Shown here one piece after another: positions 38,641 through 50,892 of a DNA stretch of 64,000 nucleotides. Origin of the DNA: Chiloscyllium plagiosum (lineage: Eukaryota); contig NC_057719.1 of NCBI RefSeq assembly GCF_004010195.1, positions 3,893,902-3,957,901 of the forward strand, read 5' to 3'. The translations under genes and the position numbers were made by a program. The notes beneath the pieces are model-generated. The model saw nothing but the letters and a program-made list of their open reading frames with translations, was not told where the DNA came from and searched no databases. Each line of letters opens with the position of its first letter. Position 1 is the first letter of the stretch.

Positions 38641-41289
38641 CCTCTCACTTATGTGTTTGAACCTTCCTTAATTAAATGTATCCCTGCTACCCCAAATTCC
38701 CACTTTGATACCAATTCCCAGTTTCACACAGTCTCACTGCAGCATAGTCTCAATCTGACCATGCAGTTTATTCTGACTGCGACTTTGAACATGCTCTTAT
38801 GAGAGAGCTCTGATGAGTCACTCGTTTTCTTTTAATTTCCTGGGGAAGATGGATTTGAAGTTGAAGATCTGTCATGATTCTATTGAATAATGAAGCAAAC
38901 TGGGAGAGTACTGTGTTTTATTCCCGTTCCTAACCTTGGGCATATGTCATATGAAATTGGCCTTTCTTGTTTCTCTTTACTCTGAGAAGAGCTGGTGTCT
39001 ATTTCCAGCAAATCTTTCTCTTCCAAATTTTTTAGGTACTTGTAGTTCTATGATTTATATCAGTAGAAAGTATCTCTTGCTTTTTTTTAAGCAATCTGAG
39101 CTTATTGTCTTTTCAGTAAATACATCAAAAAAACTTGAGACTATGCAGAGGACTGAAATAGAATTGGTATGCAGTACTTGCTTTCTCAGTAACACAGCTG
39201 TACTTGATATCAAGGTAATTTAATGTGCTTCCTAATTACAAAAGTCTTTAAGCTTCAGTTTCAACAAGACATTCCTGGGCTTTTTTTTCTAATTTTGACA
39301 AAACTGATTTTTCCTGATAGCCCATATTACCACAGCAATACCAGTTCAAAAGTACTTGCTTTAACAGGTTTTGGTATGCCCTGAGCTTGTAAAGGGTACT
39401 ATAAAAAAAAAGCAAATGTCTTTCTTCACTATCCAAAAAGAAATCTTGGTGGATATTGATATTGATAATCTGTAATGTCACGTATAGAATTCTGGCTGTG
39501 TTACTTATATCGTCTATTCAAATGTTTTTGATCACTGTTATGTAATACTGGTGTATTTATTTCTACCAGCTCTTTATCTTCAGCTCTGGGGAAGGTTTCT
39601 TTTTGTATTATGAATCTAGGTCTACTTTACAACAACTTTAAGGGTTTACTTTCTTAATCATTACCATTTTAAAAGCTGGCGTATTGCTGTGAATGTTTGA
39701 GAATGGTTGATGGTTAGATTGACTGCATCACTGTAGTACTATAGGCTGGACAATTTAATTTGACACTCTCATGTTTTACAGAATAATTTCACTTTTTAAA
39801 ATTATATTTATGAATGAATAAAATAAGGTGTGTTTCTGTGCTCTATAGCAGAGTGTGCTTAATTTGATTAGAGTCCACAGTATTGAGCATCTCACTTTTG
39901 ATATACATTAACTGCAAATATATCTATTTATACTCATCAATGTTTCAGGAACTCTGGGGAAGGTGAAAACCGATCTTGTGCAGTATCACAAATTTCCTTA
40001 AAAGTCAAAAATGAGGAGGTGTAAACAGCTCTCACTAAAGACTGGTTCGACTCTCTACCCCACCCTCCCACACCCTTCACAAGTCAGTTAGTAATAGGGT
40101 GGGTAGGTGCAGCATAAAGCTGTACCTGTTTTGTTTGAACAATTTAGCATTGTCTTTTAAGAACCAAAATTTCTTCTGGTGTCCTGACCAACATTTCTCC
40201 CTCAGATAAAAGCAGAACAACAAATTGATCAGAGATGAGGTATCTTACAAATCTAAGTCTTTTATTTTCTCTCCTATTATGTAGTGAACATGCAATTGGT
40301 GTGGGGAAGAGGAGAATTCAGAAAACTGGTGATCACATTTACTAGGTTGAAATTGCTTTGAACATATTTCAGCCTGCTAACTGCCTAATGTTTTAAATTT
40401 GCATTATTCAAATCCATAGTGGTAATCCAGAAATAAACTAACCATGACTCATTTTACTTCACCAATTAGTATAAAACTATTGAGGTGAGGAATGTTGGTG
40501 CTAATGAACAGGATGAGTTTGTGGCTTGCATTTTCTGTGAGAACCATACATGTGAGTGTGAGTCTCCAATAATGACAGTTCCAAGCTTAGCTGTGAATAT
40601 TTTCACAGCTGAAATTGTCCACCAACATTGAGTAGTGATCTTTGAACTCACAAACTGGTTTATAACTCAGTAATTCTTAGTTCAACATATTTTAAGCCTT
40701 CACTTGGACACTGTTATGCCTTTTATAAAAGCCAGCTGAACCTCCGATTATGATTTCCCTGATTGGACCAGGTTAACAGGGTTAGTGACACTCTAGTGCC
40801 TGACTCTGCAGGAGGATTGAGCTATAGGGAGAGGTTGAATAGGCTGGGGCTGTTTTCCCTGGAGCATCAGAGGCTGAGGGGTGACCTTATAGAAGTTTAT
40901 AAAATCATGAGGGACATGGATAAAATAAATAGACAAAGTCTCTTCCCTGGGGTGGGGGGAGTCCAGAACTTGAGGGCATAGGTTTAGGGCGAGAGGGGAA
41001 AGATATAAAAGAGACCTAAGGGACAACTTTTTGACTCAAACAGTGGTACCGGGTGCTGGCAGGTGGGACTAGATTGGGTTGGGATATCAGTGGGCATGGA
41101 CGGGTTGGACCGAAGGGTCTGTTTCTGTGCTGTACATCTCTATGACCCTATGTGTTTAAGATAGTGTTTCCGTGGAGTCATGTGGTTTTACCTAAATGTC
41201 TGGCAAGTGACCTGGGAGAAAATGTTTCTTTGTTTACTGACTTGAGTTTATAATGTAGGAAGGGAAAGGAACCAAATGCAGGTTAATTT

Positions 41290-41316
41290 AGAGAGAGAGA
41301 GAGAGAGAGAGAGAGA
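41290..41316. repeat. (AG)n microsatellite
   Basis: Direct reading. Confidence 0.95.
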
Positions 41317-43419
41317 TCTAAAATAACAGAGGTACTATTATTCACAGTATAAAAGCAGTCTGGACTGGAAGAAGTCGCAAGCTGATGAAGGAGCAGCGTT
41401 CCAAAAGCTAGGACTTCCATTTAAACCTGTTGGACTATAACCCGGTTGTGATTTTTAACCAAAGGCAAAAGGCTGTGAATATGTCAGAAAGGAAGACATC
41501 CGACAAGGCTGTTGAAGACATGAGATTAAGTAATTCATGCTGAACAGTAAAGGGGTGCTAAGTGCACATTTTTTAAATGTCCATGGGAGAAATATTAATT
41601 GAAGAAAATAGCATCAAGTCAATGCACAGAAATTTCCTGAAACTGATTATAACTGAGCAAGACATTTGTAGTGATTCTCCATTGGGGTTTGGCTGTAAGG
41701 TTATTGTTGGAATAAAAGGGATGAATTTATTTGTAATGAGTGTTTTCCAGCTGTTCTTAGGTAGTGAATGTCTGGAACCTTAACTCTGTAAATGGTGACT
41801 CCCAAAGCATTTCTTCCCGTCTATGGAGTCTCTTGTCAGCAGTTATTTTCTGGTAGTGCTCTGGTGATGCTAGTTTGCCCAAGGATGTGGAACTCATAAA
41901 GGAAATGTGAATGGACTCTCTCTCAACTGTCAGGAAAAGGAACTTTGACGTTTGTGGGATCTACTCAAGCACTGGCCGTATTCAATCCAGCAAGTTTAGT
42001 TGGTGATAGGAAAGATGTTGTGAAACTTGAAAGGGTTCAGAAAAGATTTACAAGGATGTTACCAGGGTTGGAGGGTTTGAGCTATAGGGAGAGGCTGTGC
42101 AGGTTGGGGCTAAATTCCTTGGAGCGCAAAGGCTGAGGGCTGCCCTTACAGAAGTTTTGAAATCATGAGGGGCATGTATAGGGTGAAGAGACAGGGCCTT
42201 TTCCCCAGGGTAGAGGAGTCCAAAAGTAGAGGGCATTGATTTAAAGTGAGCGCAGAAAAATCTAAAGGGGATCCAAGGAGCAACATTTTACACAGAGTGG
42301 TGCATATATGGAAATGAACTTCCAGAGGAAGTGGTGGAGGCTGGTACAATTACAACATTTAAATGTCTGGATGGGTATATGAATAGGAAGGATTTAGAGA
42401 GATATGTGCCAAATGCTGGCAAACGAGATTAGATTAATATAGGATATCTGGTCAGCATGGACAAGTTGGACCAAATGGAATGTTTCCATGCTGTATAAGT
42501 CTCTGACTCTTTTAATGGTTGTTTGCAGCATTTCACCATACTGGGATGTCCCAAAATGATTCCCAACCACTGCAGTGTTTATAAAAAGTGCTGTGGCTGT
42601 TGCAACATGGGAAACATGCCAGCCACAAAATAGGATAATGAGTAGTTATTCTGCTTTGATTATGTTGGTTGAGGGGTGAATGATGGCTGAGGATAATCTC
42701 CTGTTAATTCAGGAGTAAGTGTTAACTTATAAAAAACCTTCACTGGTTTTCAAGGTACTGCAATGGAATCTTTTACATTGATCTGAGACAGGACGTAGAT
42801 TAATAAATCATTGAAGAGACAGCACCCCCAATCTCAAGAGGTCCAAGGGATGTTGGTGATTTCTATTTTATCTGGAATTAAATGGGAATCTGGCTCCTTT
42901 TCCCTCTGTATTCGGGTCCAGGTTTAACTAGAGCACTGCAACATTAACATCAACATGCATGCAAATCACTCCACAGTCACACTAATTCTGTAGTGTAAAT
43001 TTATTCTTAGTACTTTATAAGCACTTATTCCTTTCCTTAGACTTGTTAACTAAGCTACTGTAGGTTGCTCTGTGGTGCTGGTTCTCTCTTCCTGTGGAAC
43101 TTCCCCTGTTTGTTCCAGTGGGATTGAGTCAGCGCAAAGTTTTTAAACTGAGATGACAGACAAATGTTTGCAATACTATGGAGTCAAGCGTTATAGGAAC
43201 AGGCCAGGAAGTGGAGTTGCTATTGAGTAGCTGAGCAGGCTTGAGGGCCCATATGGTGTCGTCTTGTTCTATTTCTTATCTTGTATCAAGAGAGCCTTCT
43301 GATTCAGTGATCCCTGCAAATTGTGCTGTGAATGCAGGTCTGATGGTGCCAGTATATACCCTTATCTTTATTAATATGTCCTCAACATCGTTTCAGGCTG
43401 TGTAAGTATTTTGTCACAC

Positions 43420-44800
43420 TATAGAAAGTAGAAACAGAAGTAGGCCATTCAGCCCTTCAAATCCATTCTGCACTTTAATGAGATCATGGATGGTCTGATA
43501 ACCCTCAATACCGCTTTCATGCTTTTATCCCCCAAAACCCTTGATTCCCAACCTGATTTAAAATCAGTTTCAACCTTGATATACTTAATAGTCCAGTCTC
43601 AATAGCCTTTTGTGATAAAAGAATTCTACAGATATACTACTTTCTGAGAGAAGAAATTCCTCCTCATTTTTGACTTAATTGGGCGACCTCTTACTTTGAG
43701 ATTAGGTCCTAGACTTTCGCACAAGGGGAAACAACCTTTCAAGTTAATCTGCTGAATCCTCTAAGAATCCTGAATGTTTCAATAAGGTCAGCATTCATTC
43801 ACCCATGTTCCAAAAAGTACAGACCCAATCCACCCAACTTCTCCCCATAAAACAGTCCCTCCAATTTTCAGCCTCGTGAACTTCTCTGGACTGCCCCTAA
43901 TTCCAGGATATTTCCTGAGATAAGGGACCCAAAATTGTTTACAGCATTCCAGCTGTGGTCTGACTAGTGCCCTGTTTCATTTTAACAAAGCCCCTATTTT
44001 TATACTCCTAAAGCCTCAGAAGTACATCCCTGCTTTTATATTCTAGTCTTCTTGAGACAAATGACAACATTGTTTTTACTTAGGAAGGTAAATACAAAGC
44101 GCTGCAGATGCTGGAAACCAGATCTACTGACTCAACCTGCAAGTTTACCTTAAGAGAAACCTGCACTAAGAATCCCAAGTCTCTTTGCACTTCAGACCTC
44201 TGAATTTTCTCCCCATTCAGAAAATAGTCCGTGCCTCTATTCTTCCTACCAAAACGCATGACCTCACACTTTCCCACATTTTATTTCATCTGCCACTTCT
44301 TTGCCTACATTCCTAACCTATCTAAATCTTTCTGCAAGGTGAAAGTGAGGACTGCAGATGCTGGAGATTAGAGTTGAGAGAGTAGTGCTGGAAAAGCACA
44401 GCAGGTCTGGCAGCATCCGAGGAGCAGGAGAATCTACATTTTGGGCAAAAGCCCTTTAGGAATCTTTCTGCAGCCTCTCTGCCCCCTCAATACTACCTGC
44501 CCCTCCACCTATCTTTTGCAGATGTTACAAACATTGCCAGAATGCCCTCAGTTCCTTCATCTAGATTGTTAATGTATAAAGTGAAAGGTTGTGGTCCCAA
44601 CACTGACCCTTGTGGGACACCACTAGTCACCTGCTTCTAACCTGAGAGGATCTCTTTTATCTCCACTCTCTGCCTTCTGCCAAACAGCCAATTTTCTATC
44701 CATATTAGTACCTGGCCTCTAACACCATAGGCCCTTATCTTATTCAGCAGCCTCCTGTGCAGCACCTTATCAAAGGCATTCTGGAAGTCCAGATAGATTC
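43420..44800 (-). mobile_element. CR1 LINE with Penelope fragments at ~44080-44123 and 44337-44460
   Basis: KCEVMRFGRKN..QRDLG motif. 12-bp TSD aatctttctgca (44325-44336 / 44461-44472). Confidence 0.8.
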
Positions 44801-46926
44801 AATTTCTAAGTCATTAGTATATCATAAATGATTGACCCAACTCTGGTCGCTTTGTCACCAAGTTTCTAAATCTGACAGTGTGATCAGGAGAATTTATCAC
44901 TTAAAATCCCTTATTTTGAACTTCATTCTTTTTAAGATCAGTTGGTAAGGAACTGGCAAGAAAACTATTTCCCTTTAGAATGTTGCCAAAAGACACATGA
45001 GATAAGGTTGTCAACTCTAATTTGACATATTCTTGGAAGCTGCATTTTATGACTTTCCTTCCCTCAACCCTTCTGCCTGTCAAGCACCCTTTTTCCTATT
45101 TTCAATATTTCTATAACCACTAAATTAGAATTGGTATAAGAATATTGGGAAACTTCTATTTTAAATACCTCATTGGAATTCTGGCAGGAGGTTTGTAATG
45201 TAGATGTTGACTAAATGGTTGCCCTTTCTATTATGTTCTGTTTGTATTTTGAACTGGTTGCTTATGTCCAGAAGGTAAATCACACTTGCAAGTACTTAAT
45301 CTTGCCAATTGAGATTAAATTGATGAGACTTTGTCATAGTTTTTAAATTTTTTATTCAGTGTGATGAGAGTGTTGCTGACAAAGCTATTGTTGGCCATTT
45401 CTGCTTGTCCTTAAGATGATGGTGGTGGTAGCACTTTCTTGGATTGTGCAATCTCTCCACTTTAGATACACCCACTGTGCTCTAAAAATGGAAGTTTCAG
45501 GCTTTTCACCTAGTGGTGGTAAACGAATGGCAATATAGTTCCAAATCGGGTTGGTATGTAACTTGCAGAGTCATTTGCAGGTGATGGTTTTTCCATATAT
45601 CTGTAGATGATTGAGCTTTTGGTTTGGAAGGTGGTATTGAATTAGGCTTGATGACCAACTGCAGTGCGTGTGTAGACATGTCATTGTGCATTGGTGGCAA
45701 ACAGAGTAGTGATGAAGGTGGTTGAAGGAATTCTGATCCAGTTGCACTCATACAGGCTCATGGAAACTATTTTTGAGTTGTACCTAGTAGATGGCTGATT
45801 TGGTTTTCAGGAGTAAGGAGGTGAGTTACTCGCAGTAGACGTCCCAGTTTCTTTCATTCTCGGTTTCAGATCAAAAGTGATAGCCACCATCAACACGCTG
45901 GGTTAATTCAGAGAGGGTAATGCCGTTGAATGCCAAGGAGTGATGGTTATATTCTCTTTTTGGTGACAGTTATTGGTTAACATTTGCTGTGTCTGTTACT
46001 TGTCATTTACACACCAAGCCTTAATTTATCCCATTTCATCACAAGTGGCATTGATAAAATAGAATCCATACTTGCAATTCAAAACAGAAAGCTCAATATC
46101 AGCTAAAAATGGCTTCAAAAACGCTGACTGTTTAATTTCCAACTTTTTTTTACCGGGGGGGTGGCATTGCATTATGGTGTCATAATAGATAAGCGAAAAG
46201 AAGTAAATCGTCAGAACAAAGAGGCAAAGAGCAATGCAGAGAGTCCCAAAATCAATAAAAGTAAAATGCTATAGAGAGTGGAAATCTGAAGAAAACGGAG
46301 AATGCTGAAGGAAGAAACAGAGTTCAAATTTCACGTTTAGTATGACTCTTCAGTTAACTCTGCTTCTTTGTCCACATGTGCTTAGTTTCTTCAGCAATCT
46401 GTGTTTATGTCAAAATCAATGTTCAGTGTCATTCACAACTCCACAAAGACCATAAACTTCAGAACAGAAGTAGGCCATTTGGCCCATTCAGTCTGCTTTG
46501 CCATTCAATGAGATCAGCTGTTCTCCTTTGTTCAAGGGTTAGTACCAAGAGGGCATAATTTTAAAGTGAAAGGTTTAGACAGAATTTGAGGAAAAACATT
46601 TTGCCTGGAGTGGGATGTTGGTTGTTTGAAATGCACTGTCATGGAGGACATTTGAGGAGGGAAACTTCATAACCTTAAACATTGCTTGAAGTATCATAAC
46701 ATTCCAGGCTATGGGCCTAGTGCAGAAAGAGTGGGACTTGTGTCAGTAGTAGTATTTTTTTGAATGGTATGGACTAGATGGGGCAAATGTGGTATGGACT
46801 AGATGGGGCAAATGACCGTATGATTCATGCCTGATCTGATCATCCTCAAATCCACTTTTCTTGCCTTTTTCCATAACCCTTAATTCCCTTACTGACTAAA
46901 AATCTGCCTGTCTCAGCCTTGAATAT

Positions 46927-48444
46927 CATCAAACCATCATCTCCCAAACCATACAGAACCTCATCACCTCAGGAGATCTCCCACCCACAGCCTCCAACCT
47001 CGTAGTCCGGAAACCCCGCACCGTCCGATTCTAACTCCTTCCCAAGATCTACAAGCCTGACCACCCTGGCCGACTCATTGTCTCATCCTGCTCCTGCCCC
47101 ACCGAACTCAACTCCATCTACCTCGATACTGTCCTATCCCCCCCAGTGCAGGAACTCCCCACACAAGACACCACCCATGCCCTCCACTTCCTCCAAGACT
47201 TCCATTTCCCTGGCCCACATCTTCACTATGGACATCCAATCGCTCTACACCTCCATGACCAGGGTCTCCAAGCCCTCAGTTTCTTCCTCTCCCGATGCCC
47301 CCAACAGTACCCTTCCACTGACACTCTCATTCGGTTGGCTGAACTGGTCCTCATCCTTAACAATTTCTCCTTCGAATCCTCCCACTTCCTCTGAACCAAA
47401 GGGGTTGCCATGGGCACCCATATGGGCCCCAGCTATGCCTGCTGCATGCCCTCCAATGCATCTCATCCACATCCCGCACCTCTGCCCTCAAACCCCACCC
47501 TTCCAACCGTAACAAGGACAAGACCCCCCGGTCCTCACTTTCCACTCTACCAACCTTCCCATTAACCACATCATCCAACAACATTTCCGCCACCTCCAAA
47601 CGGACCCCACCACCAGGGATATATTTCCCTCCCCACCCCTTTCCGCTTTCCGCAAAGACTGTTCCATCCGTGACTACCTGGTCAGGTCCACGCCCCCCCA
47701 ACAACCCACTCTCTCTTCCTGGCACCCTCTCCTGCCACCGCAGGAATTGCAAAACCTGCGCCCACACTTCCTCCCTCACCTCCATCCAAGGCCCCAAAGG
47801 AACCTTCCACATCCATCATAGTTTCACCTGCACATCCACTAATATCATTTATTGTATCCATTGCTCCTGATGCAGTCTCCTCTACATTGGGGAGACTGGA
47901 CGCCGCCTCGCAGAGCGCTTTAGGGAACATCTCCGGGACACCTGCACCAATCAACCCCACCGCCCCATGGCCCAACATGTCAACTCCCCCTCCCACTCTG
48001 CCGAGGACATGCAGGTCCTGGGCCTCTTCCACCGCCGCTCCCTCACCACCCGACGCCTGGAGGAAGAACTCCTCATCTTCCACCTCGGAACATTTCAACC
48101 CCAGGGCATCAATGTGGACTTAACCAGTTTCCTCATTTCCCCTTCCCCGCCCACCTTGCCCCAGTTCCAACCTTCCAGCTCAGCACCATCCTCATGACAT
48201 GTCCTACCAGCCAATCTCCCTTCCCACCTATCCACTCCAACCTCCTCTCTGACTTATCACTTCCATCCCCATCCCCATTCACCTATTGTACTCTTCTCCG
48301 CAACTCCCCCACCCCCATTTATCTCTCCACCCTAGAGGCTCACTGCTTCTATTCCTGATGAAGGGCTTATGCCCGAAACGTCGATTTTCCTGCTCCTCGG
48401 ATGCTGCCTGACCTGCTGTGCTTTTCCAGCACCACTGATCTAAA
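46927..48444 (+). mobile_element. Penelope-like retroelement (RT + GIY-YIG endonuclease), 5'-truncated and decayed, inserted in a CR1 (~46445-49640, - strand)
   Basis: LLPKIYKPDHPGRLIVS, FTMDIQSLYTS, KGVAMGTHMGPSYAC, CHRRNCKTC, TCTSTNIIYCIHC..YIGETGRRLAERFREH. 15-bp TSD ctcagccttgaatat (46912-46926 / 48445-48459). Confidence 0.93.
48355..48382 (+). ncRNA. Minimal hammerhead ribozyme motif at the 3' end of the Penelope element
   Basis: CUGAUGA-A-GGGC(UUAU)GCCC-GAAACGUC. Confidence 0.78.
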
Positions 48445-48858
48445 CTCAGCCTTGAATATATCTAATGATCTGATTTTGATAGCTCTCTGGTAAAGATTCA
48501 GTATCACCAGCAAGACGAAATTCCTCCTCATCTCTATCCTGACTGGGAGATCCATTATGCCCACTGATCATAGACTCTCTTACAAAGTAAACAACATCTC
48601 CGCATTTATGCTCTCAAGCCTCCTAAGAATTTTGGATGTTTAAATAAGGTCACTCTAATTCTTCAATGAGTACAAGCGCAATCTATTTAACCTCTCCTCA
48701 TAACAAAGTCACTTTATACCCAGAATCACCTTAGTTAACCGGCTCTGTTCTGCTTGCAATACCTTTCCTTTGATAAGAGGACGAAAATTGTTCACAATAT
48801 TCTGATGTGGTGTAACTAGTGCTTTGTATAGTTTTAGCAAGACCTGCCTATTTTTATA

Positions 48859-49272
48859 CAGGTAGTTCTCCAATTACAGTGAAACCTTGTTTAGTAGAAA
48901 TAATGGGGCCAATGGGAAAAGTGGGGTTAGGGGCAGACCAAACAATATTGCTCAATAATTGCCCAAAAGTCTAACGCAAAGTAAAGCACAACTTAAATGG
49001 AGGTTGAAATCCTATTTATTAACAAAACAAAAGTAAATTTAATACAGCACATTTTTAAAAATGTACGAAAGCTGCTTACTGTACAGTAGCTCTCACAGAA
49101 AGCTGCTGTATAATTAGCTGACATCGCACATGCACCGAACAGCAGAAAAACCAGCACTCACGTCGCATATGCTGGTGCATGTGCAGAATGGCTCAGAGAT
49201 TTCAGCATGCATGTGCAGAACGAAGCACGTGAACTGATCCTTGCTGAAATCATGCTCTTGCAAAAGGAGGTA
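48859..49272. mobile_element. Probable Tc1/pogo-type DNA transposon fragment inside the CR1
   Basis: Begins TA|caggtagttctcc and interrupts contiguous CR1 sequence. Internal gcatgtgcagaa repeats. Second TIR not seen. Confidence 0.4.
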
Positions 49273-50754
49273 ATATTCCATTTGTCTTCCCTTTTACCTG
49301 CTGAGCTTGTATGCGAGCTTTGTGTTTTATACATAAGGACTCCTAGCTTCCTGTGCAGTCATTCTCCATTTAAATTATAATTAGCTCTTCAATTCCTCAT
49401 GCTAAAGTATGTAACCTCACATTCTCCCACATTACAAGCCAAGTTTTGGACAACTCCCTTAACCTGTTGATTTCCCTTTGTAGACCTTTCTCATCCACAC
49501 TACCTGCCTACCCACCTAATTTTGTATAATCCACAAACTTGGTGATAGTATATTTGTTTCCCTCATCCAAGTCATTATTACATTGTAAATAATTGTGGTC
49601 TCAGCACTGATCCCTGTGTCAGTCTACAGGCTCACCAGTCTTTGGATGAAGAAATTTCTATTCTTAGTCGTAAGTGGTTGACCCATTTTCCTTAGACTTA
49701 TGGCCCCTAATTCTGGACACTCCTGCCATTGAAAACATCCTTCCTGTGTCTACTTGGAAGGGAATTTGCATGTAGAGTTGTTTCCACACATCTGCCTTTA
49801 TCCTTCTAGGTAACAGAAGTTTAGAAGGTGCTAACAGAAGAAGGAGCTTTGGTGTGTTACTGAAGTGTATTTTGTAGATGGTATACTTTCCACTGTGTGA
49901 AGAGAGTGAATGTTGAAGGTTGTGAATGGGGTGCAATCAAGCAGATTGTTTGTTTCTTTTTCTTGGATGGCATCTAACTTCTTGAGTATTTTTGGAACTA
50001 CACACACCAGGAAAGTAGAAAATACATCATCACACTCTTGACTTGCCTTATGTCTCTTAGATAATCATAGAATCCCTACAGTGTGGAGGCAGGCCATTCC
50101 ACCCATCAAGTCCACTCCACCCCTCTGAAGAGCATCTCACCCAAACCCACGCTGCCCATCCCTGGAACCCTGCATTTCCCATGGCTAATCGACCTATCAT
50201 GCACATCCCTGGAAACAATGGGCAATTTAGTATGGCCAATTCTCCTAAGCTGCCCATCTTTGGACTGTGGAAGAAAACCAAAGCACCTGAAGGAAAGCCA
50301 TGCAGACATGCGAAAAATGTGCAAACTCCACACAGACAGTCACCTGAGGCTGGAATCGCACTGCCTCCCTGGCGCTATGAGGCAATATGCTAACCGCTGA
50401 GCCACTGTGCTGCCCAGGCATTGGGGAGATGGGAACTGAATTACTGACAGCAGGATTCCCAGCCTCTGACTTGCTCTTGTATCCACAGAATACATCAGGC
50501 TAGTCCAGTTCAGTTTCTGGTCAGTGGTAATATCTAGTGTGCTGATAATTGGGGATTCAGTGAAAGTAATGTCATGGAACATCAAGGGGCGATGATTATA
50601 TTGTCTTGTTGGAGATGGCCATCACCTGACACTAGTTACAAATGTTCGTTGCCACTTATTAGGCCAAGCCTGGATATTGTCCGGTCTTGTTGCATTTGGA
50701 CATGAACTGCTCATTATCTGAGTTGTTGCAACAAGGTGAGGGCAACAAGGTGAG

Positions 50755-50892
50755 AGCTTTTTATTCCTGATGAAGGGCTTTTGCCCGAAACGTCGATTTT
50801 TGCCTGTCCTCGGATGCTGCCTGAATTGCTGTGCTCTTCCAGCACCACTGATCCAGAATCTGGTTTCCAGCATCTGCAGTCATTGTTTTTAC
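50755..50892 (+). mobile_element. Penelope terminal fragment with hammerhead
   Basis: 13-bp TSD caaggtgagggca (50732-50744 / 50893-50905) plus an extra partial copy at 50745-50754. Confidence 0.85.
50767..50794 (+). ncRNA. Minimal hammerhead ribozyme motif
   Basis: CUGAUGA-A-GGGC(UUUU)GCCC-GAAACGUC. Confidence 0.75.
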
